Source: Gemmatimonadales bacterium (GTDB taxonomy: Bacteria > Gemmatimonadota > Gemmatimonadetes > Gemmatimonadales > GWC2-71-9). From it: a stretch of 64,000 bases of DNA. This document shows positions 19,645 to 29,314 of this stretch, piece by piece. The notes under the pieces are model-generated. The model saw only the letters and a list, made by a program, of their open reading frames with translations, had not been told where the DNA came from and did no database searches. The position numbers and the translations under genes are program-made. Position 1 is the stretch's first letter. Each line of letters opens with the position of its first letter. Where the stretch lies: the NCBI GenBank assembly GCA_039794085.1, contig JBDIWC010000006.1, forward strand, positions 54,600 to 118,599, written 5' to 3'.

Positions 19645-20084
19645 GGTCGCTCCAGGATGAGGGTGACCGGACCATCGTTCACCAGGGACACCGCCATCAT
19701 GGCTCCGAACTCTCCGGTCTCCACGGTGAGCCCGAGGGCCCGGAGGTCCGCGAGAAACTGTTCATAGAGCGGGATGGCCACCTCGGGCCGGGCGGCCTCG
19801 AGAAAGGAGGGGCGCCGCCCGCGGGTGGCATCCCCATAGAGGGTGAACTGGCTCACCACCAGCACCGCTCCCCCGACCTCCCCCAGCCCCAGGTTCATCT
19901 TGCCCTCCGCATCGCCAAAGATCCGGAGTGTCGCCACTCGGGAGGCCATCCACGTCACATCGGCGGGGGTGTCGGCATGGGTGAACCCGGCCAGGAGGCA
20001 GACCCCCTGTCCGATCTGGCCCACCGTGCGTCCCTCCACGGCCACGGTGGCGGAGGAAACCCGCTGGAGAATAACGCGCACCAT
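19641..20084 (-). CDS. dtd: D-aminoacyl-tRNA deacylase
   Basis: LQRVSSA, SQFTL, GRRPSF, NDGPVT. Confidence 0.96.
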   Translation of the reverse strand: MVRVILQRVSSATVAVEGRTVGQIGQGVCLLAGFTHADTPADVTWMASRVATLRIFGDAEGKMNLGLGEVGGAVLVVSQFTLYGDATRGRRPSFLEAARPEVAIPLYEQFLADLRALGLTVETGEFGAMMAVSLVNDGPVTLILERP

Positions 20085-20156
20085 GCCTCCACGCAGCGAA
20101 GCGCCCCGGGACGGCCACGGCCAGTCCCGGGGCACGGAGGCCACCGGTTGCCGGCG

Positions 20157-21983
20157 CTACTCCACCGTCACCGACTTGGCGAGATTGCGCGGCTGGTCCA
20201 CGTTGCAGCCGCGGAGCACGGCAACGTAATAGGAGAAGAGCTGGAGGGGGATCCCGGTGAGGAGCGGGCTCAGGAGGTCGATGGTCTCGGGAATGGGGAA
20301 GGTGGCATCGGCGAGCCGCTGGATCTCGGTGTCGCCTTCCGTGATCAGGGCGATGACCTTCCCTCCCCGCGCCTTCACCTCTTCGATGTTGGACACGATC
20401 TTCGAGTGCACCGCGTCCTTTGGCGCGATGAAGATCACCGGCATGTTCTCGTCGATCAGGGCGATCGGCCCATGCTTCATCTCGGCCGCCGGGTATCCCT
20501 CGGCATGGATGTAGCTGATCTCCTTGAGTTTGAGCGCACCCTCCAGGGCGACGGGGAAGTTCACTCCCCGCCCCAGGTAGAGGGCGTTGGTCGCGGTGTG
20601 AAACTGCTTCGCCAGCGTCTCCACCGCGTCGGCCCGATCGAGGATCGACTGGATCTGCACCGGGATCCGTTGCAGCGCGTGGATGAATTCCCTCCCTTCC
20701 AGCACCGACAGGTGCCGCAATCGGGCCAGCCGGAGAGTGAGCAGGGCCAGGGCTCCGACCTGGGAGGTGAAGGCCTTGGTACTGGCGACGCCCACCTCGG
20801 GGCCGGCCCGGAGATACAGCCCGCCATCCACCTCCCGGGCGATCGTCGATCCGACCACGTTGACGAGCCCGAGGGTCCGGGCCCCCCGCCGCTTCGCCTC
20901 CTTGATGGCGGCCAGGGTGTCGGCGGTCTCCCCCGACTGGGAAATGGCCACCACCAGCGTGCGCTCGTCCACGATCGGATTCCGGTACCGGAATTCGGAG
21001 GCATACTCCACCTCCACCGGAATCCGGGCCATCTCTTCCAGCATGTACTCGCCGATCAGCGCCGCGTGCCACGACGTGCCGCAGGCGGTGATGATGATCC
21101 GGTTGAACTGTCCCAGTTCCTCGTCCGACAGATTGAGACCGTGCAGCCGGGCACTCCCCTCCTCCTCCAGCAGGTGACCGCGGAGGGTGTTGCAGAGACT
21201 CTCGGGCTGCTCGAAGATTTCCTTCAGCATGAAGTGGGAAAACCCGCCCCGCTCGATGGTGGCGAGGTCCCATTCGATCTGATTGACCGGCTTGTCGATC
21301 CGACTCACCTCGAGGGTTCGCACGCGATACCCCACCCGGGTCAGCACAACCATCTCTCCGTCATCGAGATAGACCACGGAACGGGTGTGTTCGAGAATGG
21401 CGGAGGCGTCGGAGGCCACGAACCACTCATCGTCTCCGACACCCACGAGAAGGGGAGATCCCTTGCGAGCGGCGACCAGCAGGTCGGGCTCGTCGGCGCT
21501 GACCACTGCGATCCCGTAGGCCCCGTCCACGTCCCGGAGCGCCGAGGCCACCGCTTCCTCGAGCGATCCCTGGTAGTACTCCCCGATGAGATGCGCCAGC
21601 ACCTCGGTATCCGTTTCGCTCGTGAAGGTGTGTCCGCGCCGGGCCAGCGCCTTGCGAATCGACGTGGAGTTCTCGATGATGCCGTTGTGGATGACGGCGA
21701 TCCTCCCGTCATCGCTCGTATGCGGGTGGGCATTGGAGGTGGTCGGCGCTCCGTGGGTGGCCCACCGGGTATGGCCGATGCCCACCGTGCCGGTGGGGCG
21801 ATCGGTCTGGAGGATATCGACCAGGGCCGAGAGCTTCCCCGCCGCCTTCCGGACCTTCAGGCCGCTGCCATTGAGCACCGCGATTCCCGCGGAATCGTAG
21901 CCACGGTATTCCATCCGACGAAGGCCGTCAATCAGAATGCCCGTGGCCTCCCGCGGGCCCAGATACCCCACAATGCCACACAT
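20157..21983 (-). CDS. glmS: Glutamine--fructose-6-phosphate transaminase (isomerizing)
   Basis: MCGIVGY, EYRGYDSAG, HTRWATHG, SQSGET, PRNLAKSVTVE. Confidence 0.98.
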   Translation of the reverse strand: MCGIVGYLGPREATGILIDGLRRMEYRGYDSAGIAVLNGSGLKVRKAAGKLSALVDILQTDRPTGTVGIGHTRWATHGAPTTSNAHPHTSDDGRIAVIHNGIIENSTSIRKALARRGHTFTSETDTEVLAHLIGEYYQGSLEEAVASALRDVDGAYGIAVVSADEPDLLVAARKGSPLLVGVGDDEWFVASDASAILEHTRSVVYLDDGEMVVLTRVGYRVRTLEVSRIDKPVNQIEWDLATIERGGFSHFMLKEIFEQPESLCNTLRGHLLEEEGSARLHGLNLSDEELGQFNRIIITACGTSWHAALIGEYMLEEMARIPVEVEYASEFRYRNPIVDERTLVVAISQSGETADTLAAIKEAKRRGARTLGLVNVVGSTIAREVDGGLYLRAGPEVGVASTKAFTSQVGALALLTLRLARLRHLSVLEGREFIHALQRIPVQIQSILDRADAVETLAKQFHTATNALYLGRGVNFPVALEGALKLKEISYIHAEGYPAAEMKHGPIALIDENMPVIFIAPKDAVHSKIVSNIEEVKARGGKVIALITEGDTEIQRLADATFPIPETIDLLSPLLTGIPLQLFSYYVAVLRGCNVDQPRNLAKSVTVE

Positions 21984-22008
21984 GCGTGTTTCGGTCCTCG
22001 CAAAAGAT

Positions 22009-23394
22009 TCAGGCCGCCCCTCCACTCCCCTTCGGGCGCAGCAGATCACGGCAGGTCGTCGTCAACTCAGTGGCCTGGGTGACCGTGGGCGCCTCGGCGA
22101 TGATCCGCACCACCGGCTCCGTTCCCGAAGGTCTCAGATGCACCCACCGGTCGGGCCAGGCGAGCCGCAATCCGTCACGGTGGTCCGCATGAGCCTCGGG
22201 AAACCGATCCTGCAGACTCCGGCCGGCCGTGTCCAGATCCACCCCCCGAGGGATCTTCGTCTTCACGATGCGGTAGGCCGGGGCGGATCGCACCCGGTCC
22301 GTCACCGTCCCGCCCGGGCCCGCAAGATACTGCAAAACCAGCGCCACACCGAGGGGCGCATCCCGTCCCGAGTGCAGGGCCGGCAGGATCACCCCCCCAT
22401 TCCCCTCTCCCCCGATCAGGGCCCTCTCCTCCCGGATCATCCGCACCACATTGGCCTCCCCCACCGGAGCGCGGACAAACCGCGCTCCTCCGGCCAGGGC
22501 GGCATCCTCCACGACCCGGCTGGTGGAGAGATTCGCGACCACGGTGGCCGGCGCAGGATGGCGAGGCAGCACCGCCCGCACCGCGAAGGCCAGCGTGTAA
22601 TCCTCTCCGATCGGGACCCCCGTCTCATCCACCAGGGCCAGGCGATCCACGTCCGGATCCACCGCCAGGCCGATCTCCGCACCCGTCGCGCGCACCAGCT
22701 CACCCAGATCGGACAGGTTGGCGGGAATCGGTTCGGGCTCGTGGGGAAACCTCCCGTCGGTTTCGGTGTGGATGGCATCGACCCGGCACCCCAGCCGGGC
22801 AAGCAACTCGGGAATGATCGCGCCGCCGGCTCCGCGGACGCAGTCGAGAGCCACATGGAACCGCCGGTTGCGAATGGCGCCGACATCCACCTCGGGGAGG
22901 GCCAGCACGGAGGCGAGATGGCGCTCGATGGCCTCCCCATCAGTTGTCACGCCGCCGAGACCATCCCACCCGCTCCGGGGCGTTCCGGAGTCCGCACGAG
23001 CCTTGACTTCCGCCAACGCATCCCAGGAAAGAAAGGTTCCGCCGGGCCCCACGAACTTGAGGGCGTTCCACTCCACGGGGTTGTGACTCGCTGTCAGAAT
23101 GAGTCCCGCAGCCGCACCATGGTGCTCCACGGCGAGCTGAACCGTGGGAGTCGGGACCATCCCGAGGTCGACGACATTGGCCCCCACCGACTGGAATCCT
23201 GCCGTCGCCGCGCGGGAAAACATCTCACCGCTGGTCCGGGCATCCCGCCCAAGGACCACCGTTCTGTCACCCGGAGGAGAGGCCAGCGCCCAGGCTCCGA
23301 ACGCGGCAGCGTACCGGGCCACCAGCTCGGGGGTGAGGTCCACGCCCACCAAGCCACGGAGCCCGGAAACGCTGAACATCAGGGTGTCGGTCAT
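22009..23394 (-). CDS. glmM: Phosphoglucosamine mutase (alpha-D-phosphohexomutase)
   Basis: TASHNP, DPDVDR, GGEGNGG, RPSGTEP; directly upstream of glmS. Confidence 0.88.
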   Translation of the reverse strand: MTDTLMFSVSGLRGLVGVDLTPELVARYAAAFGAWALASPPGDRTVVLGRDARTSGEMFSRAATAGFQSVGANVVDLGMVPTPTVQLAVEHHGAAAGLILTASHNPVEWNALKFVGPGGTFLSWDALAEVKARADSGTPRSGWDGLGGVTTDGEAIERHLASVLALPEVDVGAIRNRRFHVALDCVRGAGGAIIPELLARLGCRVDAIHTETDGRFPHEPEPIPANLSDLGELVRATGAEIGLAVDPDVDRLALVDETGVPIGEDYTLAFAVRAVLPRHPAPATVVANLSTSRVVEDAALAGGARFVRAPVGEANVVRMIREERALIGGEGNGGVILPALHSGRDAPLGVALVLQYLAGPGGTVTDRVRSAPAYRIVKTKIPRGVDLDTAGRSLQDRFPEAHADHRDGLRLAWPDRWVHLRPSGTEPVVRIIAEAPTVTQATELTTTCRDLLRPKGSGGAA

Positions 23395-23429
23395 GAAGCG
23401 AGCCTCGCAGATCGGGGGGTCGGGACTAC

Positions 23430-23457
23430 GTCCTGGGTCCCAGGTCCTGTGTCCTTC
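23430..23457. repeat. Short degenerate GTCCNNN heptamer run
   Basis: gtcctgg-gtcccag-gtcctgt-gtccttc. Confidence 0.55.
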
Positions 23458-23498
23458 AGGACTCAGGGGAGAGGACGTGGCACGAAGCTGTGGAACCT

Positions 23499-24593
23499 TC
23501 AGTCACCGGGAGATCGCCGTGACGTCAGCAACCGGGCCGGATCGGGAAAGGCGCGGCGAAAGGCGGCCACCACCTCGGGATCGAACTGGGCTCCGGCACA
23601 TCGGGTGAGTTCCTCCATGGCATCGAGAGGAGTCCGGACGGGCCGGTAGGCTCGGTTGGTCGTCATGGCATCGAACGCATCCACCACGGCCACGATGCGG
23701 GCAGCCGCCGGAATCGCCGGGCCGGCCAGACCGTCGGGAAATCCGGTCCCGTCGAAACGTTCGTGGTGGGAACGAACGATCTGCAGGACGAGCGGACTGT
23801 CGCGCCGGAGGGGTTCGAGGATCTCCTCGCCCTCCACGACGTGACGCTGCACCTCCTGGAACTCCTCGGGAGTCAGCGGCCCGGGCTTCAGGAGGATGGC
23901 GTCGCGGGTGCCGATCTTGCCGATGTCGTGGAGGTCGCCGCCCAAACGGATCTGGTCGAGCGTGTCCCCGGTGAATCCCAACAGAACAGCGGTCTTTTCG
24001 GCATACCGGCTCACCCGTTCCGAATGCCCGCGGGTGAACTCATCCTTCTTTTCCAGCATGCGGACCGCCATCTGCACCTGTCCCAGGAACATCTCCCGGT
24101 TCCGGGCCGCCAGAGCCCTCACGTTCTCTTCCAGCCGGTCCCGGTAGCTGCGCTGCAGGTGCTGGTTCTCCAGCCGCCGCCGCCGCTGGTCCAGCGCGCG
24201 GTCGACCCGGGCCCGGACCTCCTCCCGCGACACCGGCTTCACCAGAAAGTCCGCCGCCCCCTCGCGGAGACACCCCACCACCGTCCTCACGCCCAGGCCG
24301 GCCTCGCCGATCACCAGCACGAGCGTGTCGGGGGACCGGTCGAGCATCCGATGCAGAAAGACGGTGCCCTCGACATCGGGAAGGTCGTAGTCCACCACCA
24401 GCAGCGGCACCGGGCCCATCGCGGCGAGCGCCGCCTCGGCCTCCATTCCCGAGGACGCCTCGACAACCGACAGCCCCTGGGTCTGGATCACGTGACGGAC
24501 CGTCCCCCGCGTCTCCGCGTCTCCCCCGACGATGAGGCATCGGGGAGCGGCGTCACCACCGGGCGGACGGGAGGATTCGGGCGACAGGAACAC
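23499..24593 (-). CDS. Response regulator with HD-GYP phosphodiesterase domain
   Basis: REC (VVDYDLP, GAADFLVKP); HSERV, LHDIGK, HHERFDGTGFP, DAFDAM..RAY; GTG start inferred. Confidence 0.9.
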   Translation of the reverse strand: MFLSPESSRPPGGDAAPRCLIVGGDAETRGTVRHVIQTQGLSVVEASSGMEAEAALAAMGPVPLLVVDYDLPDVEGTVFLHRMLDRSPDTLVLVIGEAGLGVRTVVGCLREGAADFLVKPVSREEVRARVDRALDQRRRRLENQHLQRSYRDRLEENVRALAARNREMFLGQVQMAVRMLEKKDEFTRGHSERVSRYAEKTAVLLGFTGDTLDQIRLGGDLHDIGKIGTRDAILLKPGPLTPEEFQEVQRHVVEGEEILEPLRRDSPLVLQIVRSHHERFDGTGFPDGLAGPAIPAAARIVAVVDAFDAMTTNRAYRPVRTPLDAMEELTRCAGAQFDPEVVAAFRRAFPDPARLLTSRRSPGD

Positions 24594-24689
24594 GGGGCAA
24601 AGGTAACGGCACCGTCGAGCAATCTTCAATACGCTTGCCGTGGATTCAACTTCCCCGATACGTTTCCCGCAGCCCTCACCCGGAGCGTT

Positions 24690-25862
24690 ATGACCCAGAT
24701 CAGGCCTTCCGACCGTTCCCATGCCCACGCCACCCGGGCCATTCACGCCGGCGCCGCGGAGGACCCGCTCGCCGGCGCGATCATGCCGCCCGTCTACCAG
24801 ACCTCCACCTACCGGCAGGACGGCATCGGCCGCCACAAGGGCTACGAGTACGCCCGCACCCAGAATCCCACCCGGGAGGCCCTCGAGCGCAACGTCGCGG
24901 CACTCGAAGAGGGAACCCACGGATTCGCCTTCGGATCGGGGCTCGCCGCCCTCGATGCCCTCCTCAAGCTCTTCAGGCCCGGGGACCACATCATTTGCGG
25001 GGAGAACGTCTACGGAGGAACGCACCGGTTGATGGAACAGGTGTTCCGTCCCTTCGGGCTGGCCTTTTCCTTCGTGGACATGCGGGACCCGGATCAGGTG
25101 GACCGGGCGATCACCCCCGCCACCCGGATGATTTACGGGGAGACCCCCACCAATCCCATGATGTTTCTCGCCGACCTCGCCGCCCTGGGAGATCTGGCCC
25201 GGAGCCGGGGCCTCCTTCTGGCCGTGGACAACACTTTCGCCACCCCGATCTACCAGCGCCCCCTGACCCGTGGTGCCGACATTGTTCTGCACAGCACCAC
25301 CAAATACCTCAATGGGCACAGTGACATGGTCGGGGGTCTCCTGGTGACCACCCGCGACGACCTGGCCGAGCGCATCGGGTTCCTCCAGAACGCCGCCGGG
25401 GCCGTTCCGGGACCCTGGGATTGTTGGCTCGCCCTGCGCGGCATCAAGACACTCGCCGTCCGGATGCGGGAGCACGACCGGAATGGACGGAAGATTGCCG
25501 CCTGGCTCGTGGACCATCCCAGGGTCGAACGGGTCTACTATCCCGGCCTCCCCGACCATCCCCAGCACGACCTCGCCGTCCGGCAGATGGGGGGGTACTT
25601 CGGAGGCATGGTGTCCTTCGACGTGGGAGATCCCCTTCTTGCTCACCGCATCGCCGAGCGCACCGAGCTCTTCGCCCTCGCAGAATCGCTGGGTGGCGTG
25701 GAGAGCCTCATCGGACACCCCGCGTCCATGACCCATGCCTCGGTCCCGAAGCGCATGCGGGACAGCATGGGGCTCACCGACAGCCTGCTCCGCCTCTCCT
25801 GCGGAATCGAGGACGCCGACGACCTCATCGCCGATCTGGACCGGGCCATGGGGGCCGGGTGA
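24690..25862 (+). CDS. Cystathionine gamma-synthase/lyase family PLP enzyme
   Basis: YARTQNPT, ETPTNP, DNTFATP, HSTTKYLNGHSD, AESLGGVES. Confidence 0.95.
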   Translation: MTQIRPSDRSHAHATRAIHAGAAEDPLAGAIMPPVYQTSTYRQDGIGRHKGYEYARTQNPTREALERNVAALEEGTHGFAFGSGLAALDALLKLFRPGDHIICGENVYGGTHRLMEQVFRPFGLAFSFVDMRDPDQVDRAITPATRMIYGETPTNPMMFLADLAALGDLARSRGLLLAVDNTFATPIYQRPLTRGADIVLHSTTKYLNGHSDMVGGLLVTTRDDLAERIGFLQNAAGAVPGPWDCWLALRGIKTLAVRMREHDRNGRKIAAWLVDHPRVERVYYPGLPDHPQHDLAVRQMGGYFGGMVSFDVGDPLLAHRIAERTELFALAESLGGVESLIGHPASMTHASVPKRMRDSMGLTDSLLRLSCGIEDADDLIADLDRAMGAG

Positions 25863-25896
25863 GGGTGGCTCTTCCGTGCCAACCGGCGTATCATGA

Positions 25897-25922
25897 TGAA
25901 ACAGAGATCGCTCCGTTTCGTA
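25897..25922 (+). promoter_or_regulatory. ECF sigma (SigW-type) promoter TGAAAC-N16-CGTA
   Basis: Exact consensus 32 nt upstream of the M48 peptidase ATG. Confidence 0.7.
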
Positions 25923-25954
25923 TGGTGTCGGACTTCTGACCGAGGAATCGCCCG

Positions 25955-26965
25955 ATGACCTCCATGCCCGCTCCCCGTCCCCGGATCGCCTTCCCCGGCA
26001 TTGCCGGCGTCTCCTGGGAGCATCCGGCCGACCGGGCCGCACTCCAGACACTCCGTGGCGTCCCCGGGTTCGACGAGATCGTCCGCAAGATCGTGGGCAT
26101 TCTGGGCGGGGAGCGGGGGATCCGTCTCCTCTTTCAGGGCAACGCGGTCCGGTGTGGCCCGACCCAGTTTGCCCGCGCGCACGCGATGTTGGTGGAGGTG
26201 GCCACCACCTTCGACTGGCATGAGGTGCCCGAGCTTTTCGTCACCCAGACGCCGGTGTTCAACGCCGGGGCCTACGGGATGGATCACCCCTTCATCGTGC
26301 TCCATTCCGCCGCGCTCGAGATTCTCGACGAGAACGAGCTGCGGGTGCTCATCGCCCACGAGATGGGGCACATCGTCAGCGGGCATGCCCTCTACCGCAC
26401 CATCGCCGAGATACTCCTCACCGTCAGCTTCGCAGCGCTCCCGATCCTGGCGGGCATCGCGCTTCTCCCGGTGCGCCTCGCGGTTCTCGAATGGTCCCGC
26501 AAGTCGGAACTCTCGGCCGACCGCGCCGGGCTCCTCGGCTCCCAGGATGTGATGGTGTCCCAGCAGTTGTTCATGAAGATGGCCGGGGGAAGCCGCGGCG
26601 CCCTGAAGGCGGGGGAGATGAACCTGGAGGCCTTCATGACCCAGGCCAACGAGTACTTGCAGGCGAGCGACGGAATCGACCTCGTGTACAAGATCCTCAA
26701 CACCCTGGCCCTGACGCACCCGATGAACACCATTCGCGCCGCGGAACTCCAACAATGGGTGGCGGCGGGAGACTACGAACGCATTCTGCGGGGTGAGTAT
26801 GTCCGGCGGGGACCCGACCGGGATCGGCCCCTGCGGGAGGAGTTCGGCGCCGCGCGCGACTACTATGCCGGGGAGGCGCGGGACGTGGCCCAGAAGATGG
26901 CGGGTGCGGCGAAGCGCGCGGCCACCGCCGCGGCCGACGCCTTCAGAAAGGCACAGAAAGAGTGA
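25955..26965 (+). CDS. M48 family (HtpX-like) zinc metallopeptidase
   Basis: HEMGH, ELSADRAG, THP. Confidence 0.92.
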   Translation: MTSMPAPRPRIAFPGIAGVSWEHPADRAALQTLRGVPGFDEIVRKIVGILGGERGIRLLFQGNAVRCGPTQFARAHAMLVEVATTFDWHEVPELFVTQTPVFNAGAYGMDHPFIVLHSAALEILDENELRVLIAHEMGHIVSGHALYRTIAEILLTVSFAALPILAGIALLPVRLAVLEWSRKSELSADRAGLLGSQDVMVSQQLFMKMAGGSRGALKAGEMNLEAFMTQANEYLQASDGIDLVYKILNTLALTHPMNTIRAAELQQWVAAGDYERILRGEYVRRGPDRDRPLREEFGAARDYYAGEARDVAQKMAGAAKRAATAAADAFRKAQKE

Positions 26966-28263
26966 GAATTCTGGTGGTGGGTGGCGGCGGACGGGAGCAC
27001 GCCATCATCCGGACCTTCCGGCGGGAGCAGGCGGGCCTCGACATCTACTGCGCCCCGGGCGGCGCGGGACTGGCCTCTCTGGCGTCGAACCTCCCCATTG
27101 CCGTGGACGACGTGGATCACCTGGTCGAGGCGGCCGATCGCCACGGCATCGAGCTCGTGGTCGTGGGCCCCGAGCTCCCCCTGGCGCTCGGTCTGGCGGA
27201 TCGCCTCCGCGCTCATGGGCACCCCGTCCTCGGCCCCGGGGCCACTGCCGCGCGGATCGAAAGTTCGAAGGCTTTTGCCAAGGATGTCATGCGGGCCGCG
27301 GGTGTCCCCACCGCCGAGTGGGCGGTCTTCCGCGACCTGAGCGAGGCCCTGGCCCACGTGGACGGCCATGCGGAGCCATTGGTGGTCAAGGCCTCGGGAC
27401 TCGCGGCCGGGAAGGGTGCCGTGGTCTGTTCCACCCGGTCCGAGGCGCGCGCGGCGGTCACCCGGATGCTGGGCGAGCGTGCCTTCGGCGAGGCGGGAGA
27501 CGAGATCGTCATCGAATCGTTTCTTCCCGGCGAGGAGCTCTCCGTCTTCGCGGTCACCAACGGGCGCGAGATGAGTCTCCTCCCCGCCGCGCAGGATTAC
27601 AAGCGGGTCGGCGAGGGCGACACCGGTCCGAACACCGGCGGGATGGGTGCCTGTTCCCCCGTGTCCTTCGCAACCCCGGAACTGATGGCGCGGGTGGAGC
27701 AGGAAATCCTTCGTCCCACGCTCGCCGAGCTCGAGGCACGCGACGCCCGCTTCCGGGGGATCCTCTACGCCGGGCTCATGATCGCGCCGGACGGATCACC
27801 CTCGGTCATCGAGTTCAACTGCCGCCTGGGGGATCCCGAAGCCCAGACCGTCCTCCCCACGCTCGAAGGCGACTTCCTCCTCGCCTGCCAGGCTGCGGCT
27901 TCCGGCGGGCGCATCCCGGAACTCCCCGCCACCGGGCGCTTCGCCGTCACCACGGTGCTTGCCGCGCGGGGATATCCCGAGGCCCCCGTCCTGGGAGACC
28001 ACATCACGCTCCCACCCCATCACCACCGGGACGCCATCTTCTACCACGCCGGCACGACCCGCGACCCCAAGGGTGGGTTCCAGACCGCCGGCGGCCGGGT
28101 GGCGGCCTGCACCGGACTGGGCGACACCTTCGAGGAAGCCCGGACCAACAGCCTCCTGCTGGCCGACAGCATCGAGTTCGAGGGGAAGCACCTTCGGCGT
28201 GACATCGGGTGGCGAGAGGCGGAGCGTCAGCGACGGGGACAAGGCACTCCCGCGGGCACCTGA
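26962..28263 (+). CDS. purD: Phosphoribosylamine--glycine ligase
   Basis: GGGGREHA, VKASGLAAGKG, GPNTGGMG, EFNCRLGDPE. Confidence 0.97.
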   Translation: MRILVVGGGGREHAIIRTFRREQAGLDIYCAPGGAGLASLASNLPIAVDDVDHLVEAADRHGIELVVVGPELPLALGLADRLRAHGHPVLGPGATAARIESSKAFAKDVMRAAGVPTAEWAVFRDLSEALAHVDGHAEPLVVKASGLAAGKGAVVCSTRSEARAAVTRMLGERAFGEAGDEIVIESFLPGEELSVFAVTNGREMSLLPAAQDYKRVGEGDTGPNTGGMGACSPVSFATPELMARVEQEILRPTLAELEARDARFRGILYAGLMIAPDGSPSVIEFNCRLGDPEAQTVLPTLEGDFLLACQAAASGGRIPELPATGRFAVTTVLAARGYPEAPVLGDHITLPPHHHRDAIFYHAGTTRDPKGGFQTAGGRVAACTGLGDTFEEARTNSLLLADSIEFEGKHLRRDIGWREAERQRRGQGTPAGT

Positions 28264-28323
28264 TCGCACGCACCGTACGGGCGCGGCACTTCCGTCCCCA
28301 ACTGATTACTGAGCTGAACTCCG

Positions 28324-29145
28324 ATGCCCGAGCTCCCCGAGGTGGAAACCATCGTCCGCGACCTGCGACCGGGACTCATGGGACGCACCATCCGAAGCGT
28401 CTCGCTTCGGTTCGACGACCTCCTCCGGGGCATCACGCGCCCGGCCCTGCTCCGGAAACTCCGGAATCAGGCCATTCACCGCGTGGACCGCAGGGCCAAG
28501 CACGCGGTGCTCCTCCTCGATCGCCACCGGCTCGTGATCCAGCCCGGCATGACCGGGGTCCTCCTCCGGCACCCCACCGCCTCCACCACTCCCGACAAAT
28601 ACGAGGTGCTCCGAGCGACCCTCGATGATGGTTCCGTCCTCGTCTACCGCGACATCCGCCGGCTCGGCACGCTCCTCCTTCTCGACGATGCGGAGTGGGA
28701 CCGGTACGACGCCGCCATCGGCCCCGAACCGCTCGATCCCGCCTTCACCTCCGAGGTGCTCGGCCGGGCCCTGGCCCGAACTCGCCAGGCGATCAAGAAG
28801 GCCCTGATGGACCAGCGGCTCGTGGCCGGCGTGGGGAACATCTACGCGAACGAGGCCCTCTTCCTGGCGGGAATCGATCCCTCCCGGCCCGCATCGTCCC
28901 TGACCTCCGGCGAGGTGTTTCGGGTGCATCAGGAGACCGTCAGGATCCTCCACCAGGCCATCACCGCCCATGGAACCACCCTCCGCGACTACCGGCGCGG
29001 CACGGGCGAAACCGGAGACTTCCAGCTGGAGTTGCAGGCCTACGGGCGTGAAGGGGAACCGTGCCGCCGCTGCGGGACCACCCTGGCCGGCACCCATGCC
29101 ATCGACGCCCGCATCACCGTGTTCTGCTGGCGCTGCCAGCGCTGA
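28324..29145 (+). CDS. mutM: Formamidopyrimidine-DNA glycosylase
   Basis: MPELPEVE, GVGNIYANE, C-terminal zinc finger CRRC..CWRCQ. Confidence 0.97.
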   Translation: MPELPEVETIVRDLRPGLMGRTIRSVSLRFDDLLRGITRPALLRKLRNQAIHRVDRRAKHAVLLLDRHRLVIQPGMTGVLLRHPTASTTPDKYEVLRATLDDGSVLVYRDIRRLGTLLLLDDAEWDRYDAAIGPEPLDPAFTSEVLGRALARTRQAIKKALMDQRLVAGVGNIYANEALFLAGIDPSRPASSLTSGEVFRVHQETVRILHQAITAHGTTLRDYRRGTGETGDFQLELQAYGREGEPCRRCGTTLAGTHAIDARITVFCWRCQR

Positions 29146-29184
29146 GGAAAGGGGAGAAGGTGGCGGGGACTGGGCGTTTCAGCT

Positions 29185-29280
29185 CCCAACACCCAACACC
29201 CAATACCCAATACCCAGCACCAGTACCCAGTACCAACACCCCACACCCCACACCCAGTACCCAATACCCAACACCCAGAG
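29185..29280. repeat. Heptamer tandem array (CCCARYA), about 13-14 degenerate units
   Basis: cccaaca cccaaca cccaata cccaata cccagca ... cccagta cccaata cccaaca. Confidence 0.9.
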
Positions 29281-29314
29281 GTGCAGGGGACCGGGGGGAG
29301 GGTAGATTGTGGGG

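Noticed and set aside
17624..19675. 683-aa minus-strand ORF
   Set aside because: Shadow of the cyclase and an off-frame overlap of maf.
21984..22008. glmS ribozyme upstream of glmS
   Set aside because: Only 25 nt separate glmM and glmS, too short for the ribozyme.
19977..23649. 701-aa and 570-aa plus-strand ORFs
   Set aside because: Shadows of glmS and glmM.
23763..26051. Apparent long N-terminal extensions on the HD-GYP and cystathionine synthase ORFs
   Set aside because: Each extension is the antisense of the other gene; real starts are near 24593 and 24690.
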